Shown: positions 58,295 through 64,000 of the stretch, piece by piece | Position numbering within the stretch: position 1 is the stretch's first letter | How the letters are laid out: each line of letters begins with the position of its first letter | Assembly (NCBI GenBank): GCA_003141835.1 | Contig: PLNR01000009.1 | Span: forward strand, 136,307 to 200,306 | DNA length: 64,000 bases | Source: Candidatus Omnitrophota bacterium | Lineage (GTDB): Bacteria; Omnitrophota; Gorgyraeia; Pluralincolimonadales; Pluralincolimonadaceae | Direction: 5' to 3' | Position numbers and translations under genes: made by a program | The notes under the pieces: generated by a model | Databases searched by the model: none | Told to the model about the DNA's origin: nothing | The model's input: only the letters and a program-made list of their open reading frames with translations

Positions 58295-59043
58295 CCTTGC
58301 TTAGCCTGTTCCATTATCTCATCGGGGATGTCAAAATTCGCGTATACGTTCTGGACGTCTTCGTAATCTTCCAGAGCTTCGACGAGCGACAGGACCTGTT
58401 TCGCGGGAGTGCCGGCAACCTTTACGGTCATCGTCGGGATACTGGTCACCTCGGCCAGCTGGCATTCGATCTTGTTGTCATCGAGCGCCTTCTTGACCTT
58501 CTCGAAATCCTGGGGGGCTGTCGTTATCTCATAGACATTATCTTCGGTCTTCATGTCTTCGGCGCCCGCGTTGAGAGCTATGTCCATAAGCTTGTCCTCA
58601 TCTATCTTGGATTTCTCGATGGCTATGAGCCCCTTCTTATGGAAGATACGCGCGACAGAGCCTGAGCCGGCCATATTGCCGCCCTTGCGGGTGAGGATGT
58701 TCTTTATTTCCGCCGAGGCCCTGTTCTTGTTGTCGGTCAGGGCTTCTACCATTATCGCCACGCCGCCGGGCCCGTAGATCTCGTAATTGATAGTCTCATA
58801 GACGACACCGGGAAGCTCGCCGGTGCCCTTCTTTATCGCCTTTTCTATGTTGTCCTTGGGCATGTTCACTTCCCTGGCCTTTGCCAGGGCAAAGCGAAGC
58901 CTGGGATTCGTATCCGGGTCGCCGCCCCCGTCCTTTGCGGCGACAGTGATCTCTTTGGTCGCCTTGGTAAACGCCTTACCTTTTACCGCGTCAGCGGCCG
59001 CTTTTTTGTTCTTTTGTGTCTTCCATTTTGAATGTCCGGACAT
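58291..59043 (-). CDS. yebC: YebC/PmpR family DNA-binding transcriptional regulator
   Basis: 250 aa beginning MSGHSKW. Confidence 0.9.
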   Translation of the reverse strand: MSGHSKWKTQKNKKAAADAVKGKAFTKATKEITVAAKDGGGDPDTNPRLRFALAKAREVNMPKDNIEKAIKKGTGELPGVVYETINYEIYGPGGVAIMVEALTDNKNRASAEIKNILTRKGGNMAGSGSVARIFHKKGLIAIEKSKIDEDKLMDIALNAGAEDMKTEDNVYEITTAPQDFEKVKKALDDNKIECQLAEVTSIPTMTVKVAGTPAKQVLSLVEALEDYEDVQNVYANFDIPDEIMEQAKQG

Positions 59044-59137
59044 CTCAGGAAATACCTCCGATTTAGAGTGGTTTTTGGATACGAAATTATACCATTTAAG
59101 GGATTAAAATGTAAAGGATTTTTGGGCGGGAACCGCG

Positions 59138-61189
59138 TTATTTATGGTGCTCGTGGCTGTGGTTGGCGTGGCTGCCGGCTGCTTCTTCAGCCGCCTTCTT
59201 GGTGTTGGCGACTATCAACTGGGTGATCTTGGCGGGGACTTCCTCGTAGTGGTCGAACTTCATCGAATATGAGCCGCGGCCGCCTGTCATTGAGCGGAGC
59301 TCGGTGGCGTATTTGAACATCTCGGACATGGGTATAGTGGCTTTGACATACTCCTGTTTTTCCCTGCCCTCGATGCCCATGATCCTTCCCCGGCGTGAAT
59401 TTATATCGCCGGTTATTTGCCCGAGGTATTCGTTCGGTACGATTATCTCGACATCCATTATAGGCTCGAGCAATACCGGGACTGCCTGTTCCTGGCCGCT
59501 CTTAAAGGCCATCGAACCGGCTATCTGGAATGCCATATCCGACGAATCGACCTCGTGGAATGAACCGTCGTAGACGATCACCCTGATATCGACTACCGGA
59601 TATCCCGCGAGAGAACCCTTGATCATCGCTTCCCTTACGCCCTTCTCTACAGACGGGATAAATTGCCTCGGGATCGCTCCGCCGACGACTTTGTCCACGA
59701 ACTCGAATTGCTGCCCGTGCGGCAACGGCTGGAGTTCCAGCCAGCAGTCGCCGTATTGCCCGCGGCCGCCGGACTGCCTCTTGAATTTACCCTGTATCTT
59801 GACAATCTTTCTTATCGTCTCTTTATACGGGACTTTCGGGACACCGACCTCTACTTCCACGCCGAAACGCTTCTTCATCCTGTCAAGCATCACGTCCAGG
59901 TGGAGGTCTCCCATCCCTGATATTACTAGCTCGTGCGTCTGCTCGTTGCGCGTGATCTTGAATGTCGGGTCTTCCGAGGCGAGGCGCGTCAATGCGCCCA
60001 TTATCTTCTCCTCATCCTGGCGTGTCTTGGGTTTTACGGAGTCTGATATGCACGGGTCCGGGAATGTCGTCGCAGGGAAGACGATGGGATTTTTCTCGTC
60101 GCAAAGGGTATCGTTATTATGGGAATCCTTGAGCTTGGCGACCGCGGCTATGTCCCCGGCGCCGGCCTTCTGTATGGGCACCTGCTCCTTGCCCTGCAGC
60201 ACATAGATCTGCCCTATGCGCTCCTTGAGGTCCCTCGATGAATTATAGAATCCCGTGTTCGATTCTATCGTCCCTGAGAATACCCTGAAGAGCGTAAGGT
60301 GGCCTACATAAGGATCGAATATATCCTTGAATATGAAAGCCGAGAAGGGTTCGGTATCGACGGGATTCCTTTTGGCCGGTTCTTTCGTCTTCGGATTTAT
60401 GCCCTCGATCGGCGGCCTGTCTGCCGGCGACGGAAAGAGGTCTACGATCGCGTCCAAAAGCTGCGTCACCCCGATATTCTGGACGGCTGAGCCGCAAAAA
60501 ACCGGGATGATCTTTCCCGAGATACACGCCGACTTTAGCGCCTTGGCCATCTCCTCCTGGGAGATCTCCTTGCCTTCAAGGAATTCCTCGGTAAGCGTGT
60601 CGTCGGTCTCGACGACCGCGTCGAGCAGCTCTTCCTTATACCTTCCGTCCTTAGGCAGGACGCTCTCTACGCCTTTGAGCGAAGATTGTTCCCCTGCGGG
60701 AAGCTGGAGCGCGACGCACTGTTTACCGAACCTGTCGCGTATCGAGTTAAGGGTGTTCTCAAAACTTGCATTCTCTTTATCGAGTTTATTTATGAATATC
60801 GCGCGCGGGAGGTTCCTCTCCTCGAGGAATTGCCATACGCGCTCGGTCCCGACCTCGATGCCGTGCACCGCCTCGACCAGAAGCACGGCCGCATCAGCCG
60901 CCCGCAGCGGGGCTATAACGTCGCCGACGAAATCTGCGTACCCCGGCGTGTCGAGGATATGGACCCTTGTGTTCTTCCAGATGAGGTGGAGGAATTTCGA
61001 GGTGATGGAGATCTTACGTTCTATCTCGTCGGCGTTGTAGTCGGAGTGGGTGTTGCCTTCCGCAACTTTTCCGAGCCGGGTGGTCATCTTGGCGTTAAAG
61101 AGGAGCGCCTCGATCAGTGAAGTCTTCCCCGAACCGGAATGCGAAACGAAGATTACGTTACGGATGTTTTGCGCGGGGTATCTATCCAT
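59138..61189 (-). CDS. elongation factor G-like GTPase (EF-G paralogue with a divergent G1 motif)
   Basis: 683 aa with G1 = SHSGSGKTS (canonical EF-G has AHIDAGKTT), DTPGYADF, and EF-G domains II to V. Confidence 0.8.
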   Translation of the reverse strand: MDRYPAQNIRNVIFVSHSGSGKTSLIEALLFNAKMTTRLGKVAEGNTHSDYNADEIERKISITSKFLHLIWKNTRVHILDTPGYADFVGDVIAPLRAADAAVLLVEAVHGIEVGTERVWQFLEERNLPRAIFINKLDKENASFENTLNSIRDRFGKQCVALQLPAGEQSSLKGVESVLPKDGRYKEELLDAVVETDDTLTEEFLEGKEISQEEMAKALKSACISGKIIPVFCGSAVQNIGVTQLLDAIVDLFPSPADRPPIEGINPKTKEPAKRNPVDTEPFSAFIFKDIFDPYVGHLTLFRVFSGTIESNTGFYNSSRDLKERIGQIYVLQGKEQVPIQKAGAGDIAAVAKLKDSHNNDTLCDEKNPIVFPATTFPDPCISDSVKPKTRQDEEKIMGALTRLASEDPTFKITRNEQTHELVISGMGDLHLDVMLDRMKKRFGVEVEVGVPKVPYKETIRKIVKIQGKFKRQSGGRGQYGDCWLELQPLPHGQQFEFVDKVVGGAIPRQFIPSVEKGVREAMIKGSLAGYPVVDIRVIVYDGSFHEVDSSDMAFQIAGSMAFKSGQEQAVPVLLEPIMDVEIIVPNEYLGQITGDINSRRGRIMGIEGREKQEYVKATIPMSEMFKYATELRSMTGGRGSYSMKFDHYEEVPAKITQLIVANTKKAAEEAAGSHANHSHEHHK

Positions 61190-61200
61190 AAGTACTAGTC

Positions 61201-61229
61201 AATATAACGTAGGCGCAAATCCTTGTCAA
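61201..61229 (-). promoter_or_regulatory. near-consensus sigma70 promoter driving the EF-G-like gene with a very short leader
   Basis: The minus strand reads TTGACA, a 17-nt spacer, then TATATT. The -10 element ends only 12 nt before the ATG. Confidence 0.5.
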
Positions 61230-61246
61230 GCGGAAAAAACAGCCTC

Positions 61247-62245
61247 TTATCTTGAAACGATCAGGCGGATCTCTTTGCGCGCGTCGGCCAGCGTCGAATT
61301 GATCGAATTTTTCAGGAATTGCGGGTCGAGCATCATCGAGGTTGGCCCCTGCCCTACTTCGCCGGGTTTCTCCTGCGCGACAAATTCCAATGAATAGGCC
61401 GTATTAAGAAGAATAAGCTGGCGAAAGGATACTTCCAGGCTGCCGTGCACCTTGGGATATAAAGTCTTGACGTTCCCGTTCGAGAAAAGCGCGAACGTCT
61501 GCATCTGGTCTTGAGCGGACCGGAGCCACGAAGCGGACCATTTGCCCCATTTCTCTTTATCGAAATTTTTCTTATTCTTTTCGTAAGCTGTGTTCAGGTC
61601 GTCGTAAAGCGACTGGATCCTGTCCGCGGTTTCGGAGAGGCGCTGCTTATCGCTCTTCTCCCTTTCGCTCACCTGCGCGGACGAACCTACAACCAGATCG
61701 CATGATCCCGCGCCTATCTCCTTATTATCCTTTTCCGCCCTGGCTTCGATGACGTATTTACCCGGGGATAGCACTCTTTCGAAGGGCTCGATAAGGGTGA
61801 AAAAGTCCCCGCTCCGGAGGGTGATACGCTTCGTTATGAGGACCTTCTCCTGCCTCTTAAAATTGAGCGTAAGCTTTGTCCCGCGCGGAAGTCCGGCCGA
61901 GCCCGTGATCCTTATTTTGCTCCTTGCGTATTCGGCTTTTAAGTCTATATTTGAAAGCGCTTCGGGCCCTTTAAGCGCAGCGTCTTCGGACCCAGAACCT
62001 TCGGATTTTGAATAACCTTCGGCCGGCTCTTTTATCTCAAAAGACTTGACGTCTTTCATGCCCAGCTTCATCTTGCCGGAGCCCAACTTTATCTCGATAT
62101 AATCACCGGACTGGTTTATTATCTGCCCGTTAAGCGTCCTGCCGTTCTGGAGCGTCAAGGTATCGGCACGTGATGAAATAACCGTGGAAAAAACTACCGC
62201 TATCGTCAAAATTATACACGCCTTCTTCATGACCCTTCCCTCCAA
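61247..62245 (-). CDS. hypothetical secreted protein
   Basis: 332 aa with a signal peptide (MKKACIILTIAVVFSTVISSRA). It overlaps the upstream ORF by 19 nt. No recognisable family. Confidence 0.55.
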   Translation of the reverse strand: MEGRVMKKACIILTIAVVFSTVISSRADTLTLQNGRTLNGQIINQSGDYIEIKLGSGKMKLGMKDVKSFEIKEPAEGYSKSEGSGSEDAALKGPEALSNIDLKAEYARSKIRITGSAGLPRGTKLTLNFKRQEKVLITKRITLRSGDFFTLIEPFERVLSPGKYVIEARAEKDNKEIGAGSCDLVVGSSAQVSEREKSDKQRLSETADRIQSLYDDLNTAYEKNKKNFDKEKWGKWSASWLRSAQDQMQTFALFSNGNVKTLYPKVHGSLEVSFRQLILLNTAYSLEFVAQEKPGEVGQGPTSMMLDPQFLKNSINSTLADARKEIRLIVSR

Positions 62246-64000
62246 TATTTAATACGCACCGTAGGTAAATAAGTGCAAGTCAGGTCTTCAAAGACCGGGG
62301 TCTGCGAGCTCGTTGTATACTGGTCCTTATTGATATCCGATTTGGCTAAGACGATCTTGTATTGAATCCAGGGTTCGGTCCCGCCTATAGCCGCGCCATT
62401 ACTGACTGCGGCGGTCCATGAATCCGTCGCCAGGATATTGCTATAGGAATTGGCTGTCCTGACATATACGTTTACGGTGTTAGCGGCCGATGTCTGGGCC
62501 GACCAGGATATGGTCCCCCACTTTACGGATGCCCCGGTGTAAAACGGCGCGGAGACAAGATACCCTCTCTCCGGTATGCAACGGATATCATCCCAATGCG
62601 TCTGCATCTCGGTGACGGCGCCGGCATAAGGCCAAGTGTCATTAGCGCCTATTATATGTTGTCCCCTATCAAGGTCGGTCCAGTCAGCGCCCAGATACTG
62701 GTTGTTTGCCACAAATTTAAATATAGGATTTGACGGGTAACCGGCCGCCCAATTCGCCACGTTATTCCTCTGGATGCCGTTTACCCAGGAGGCATACTCG
62801 GCTCTACTCGATCCGTTATCCCATCCTATCATCGCCATGACTTTCTCCGCAAGATAATCAAATTGCGGATGGAAGAACGCGCCCTGATAAAGCCGTATCT
62901 CGCAAGTGTCCCCATCCGGCCAGAGAGGCTTGGGCTCGGTCGATACCGGATCTGTTCCGTGCGCGTCGGTTAACAATGTCTTGTAACCATTGGGTAACAG
63001 GCAATTCGCCCACCCCTGAGAATCATCGGCGGAGCCTTTGGCGAAAAGCCAGCAACCGCAGCCGGTCCCTTCCGGCTGCCAATAGTGATAACTTCCCGGC
63101 GCAGGAATAGCTTCCAAGGCGGTATTCTTTTTAAGATCCGGACTGTATATATACACCGGGGCATCGCCGTTATAGGCGTCATAAACAGGAAAAACTTGTG
63201 GGTCGTCTAAGATGTAATTAAAAGGGTAAACTGGATTTTGATGATAATCTAGTTGGCCATTACCGTTTATGTCGTAATAATAAATACTTTTGTAATTATT
63301 TGTTTGGTCCTTGCCAGCGCCCGGATAACGTCCCATAGGAGGCGCCGGCGGAACCGCAAGCGGATATAATGTCCCGTTCCCTCTCCAGGCTATCCTGGTA
63401 GACGGGGCAGGTTCTTTCACGTAAGCCCTCACGAACACGCTTTCGGTGTTGGGCCTAAAGTAATACCTGTTCAGCTCAAAATGCTTCGCCTCGAACGTAT
63501 TGCATTTGATGTAAATTTCGTTGTCTCCATCCCCGTCGTTATCCCTGATATCCTGAAAACTTATATTTAAGGTCACGTCCGGGATATTCCACCACGAGCG
63601 ATTCCATTGATAACCCTTCATCATGACGGTGGAAAAAGCCGGGTCCTCGTCGAAATTGTCCCAGTACCCGAGTTTTACCGAATCAGGCGTTTTGGTATAA
63701 GTTCCGGCCTCTTCCCAGCGCATCTTTCCGGCGACGGCGTCCCAGTAATCGCCCTCGGTCGGGCAGCTGTCGAGCCAATTCACGTTAAAGACCTCGCCGT
63801 CGCGGAAATTACCCTGTTCATTGAACCAGGCCGCGTAGAACTCCTCTTTTGTCGTCTGCGTCCATGTGCCGAAGACCTCGACCGTCGCGGTCACCTGCCT
63901 GGTCGCCACCGTCTGGCCGCTATTCAGGACTGAAGCCGTCGAAGTTATGGTGTATATCCCCGCGTGGTTGTATGTAAGGCCCGTCTTCATCAGGGGGTCA
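62227..64000 (-). CDS. large hypothetical protein, aromatic/Asn/Asp-rich, open to the window edge (5' partial)
   Basis: At least 590 aa. The frame is open past the first ATG at 63990. Rich in W/Y/N/D with DxDGDGD and DINGNGQLD calcium-binding-like motifs. Confidence 0.55.
   Translation of the reverse strand, partial: DPLMKTGLTYNHAGIYTITSTASVLNSGQTVATRQVTATVEVFGTWTQTTKEEFYAAWFNEQGNFRDGEVFNVNWLDSCPTEGDYWDAVAGKMRWEEAGTYTKTPDSVKLGYWDNFDEDPAFSTVMMKGYQWNRSWWNIPDVTLNISFQDIRDNDGDGDNEIYIKCNTFEAKHFELNRYYFRPNTESVFVRAYVKEPAPSTRIAWRGNGTLYPLAVPPAPPMGRYPGAGKDQTNNYKSIYYYDINGNGQLDYHQNPVYPFNYILDDPQVFPVYDAYNGDAPVYIYSPDLKKNTALEAIPAPGSYHYWQPEGTGCGCWLFAKGSADDSQGWANCLLPNGYKTLLTDAHGTDPVSTEPKPLWPDGDTCEIRLYQGAFFHPQFDYLAEKVMAMIGWDNGSSRAEYASWVNGIQRNNVANWAAGYPSNPIFKFVANNQYLGADWTDLDRGQHIIGANDTWPYAGAVTEMQTHWDDIRCIPERGYLVSAPFYTGASVKWGTISWSAQTSAANTVNVYVRTANSYSNILATDSWTAAVSNGAAIGGTEPWIQYKIVLAKSDINKDQYTTSSQTPVFEDLTCTYLPTVRIKYWREGS

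Noticed and set aside
1-64000. CRISPR arrays, insertion sequences, integrases and prophage genes.
   Set aside because: No direct-repeat/spacer periodicity, transposase-like ORF or terminal inverted repeats were seen. The only repeats are the two small intergenic elements and the tandem palindromes listed as features.

Overview
The window is a conserved, housekeeping-dense chromosomal segment with about 55% GC and a near-total strand bias: every protein gene except rpmB is on the minus strand. Gene content suggests an anaerobic, Gram-negative-type bacterium.

Gene order along the minus strand, from high to low coordinate:
- Two hypothetical secreted proteins and an EF-G-like GTPase.
- yebC-ruvCAB, a SpoIID/LytB protein, queA-tgt-yajC-secDF, a CDF transporter and recJ.
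- rpmB (plus strand), recG, rsmD, coaD and yceD-rpmF.
- plsX-fabHDG-acpP-fabF, immediately followed by an acyl-CoA dehydrogenase with etfB and a ferredoxin-fused etfA.
- cvpA, a Nif3-family protein and dnaG-rpoD.
- A low-GC (about 38-40%) two-gene island: a membrane coiled-coil hypothetical protein plus a radical SAM/SPASM enzyme.
- A membrane polyferredoxin and a TolC-HlyD-MFS efflux operon.
- Tandem palindromic repeats, tRNA-Met(CAU), tRNA-Val(CAC), a COG1579 zinc-ribbon protein, rnhA, and RNase P RNA, which the ORF track cannot show.
- A PilZ-domain gene, pilT, and a roughly 850-bp non-coding region.
- A complete cell-division and cell-wall (dcw) cluster: mraZ-rsmH-ftsL-ftsI-murE-murF-mraY-murD-ftsW-murG-murC-murB-ddl-ftsQ-ftsA.
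- yggS-proC-yggT and the start of a purine nucleoside phosphorylase gene.

The main anomalies are:
- ftsA runs directly into yggS with no ftsZ or sepF.
- rsmH has no canonical start codon and is in frame with mraZ across a single stop codon.
- A roughly 80-110-nt intergenic element is present in two copies.
- The low-GC radical SAM/SPASM island is translationally coupled to rpoD and a polyferredoxin.
- A bcd-etfBA unit is appended to the fab operon.

No CRISPR array, transposase or integrase was recognised.
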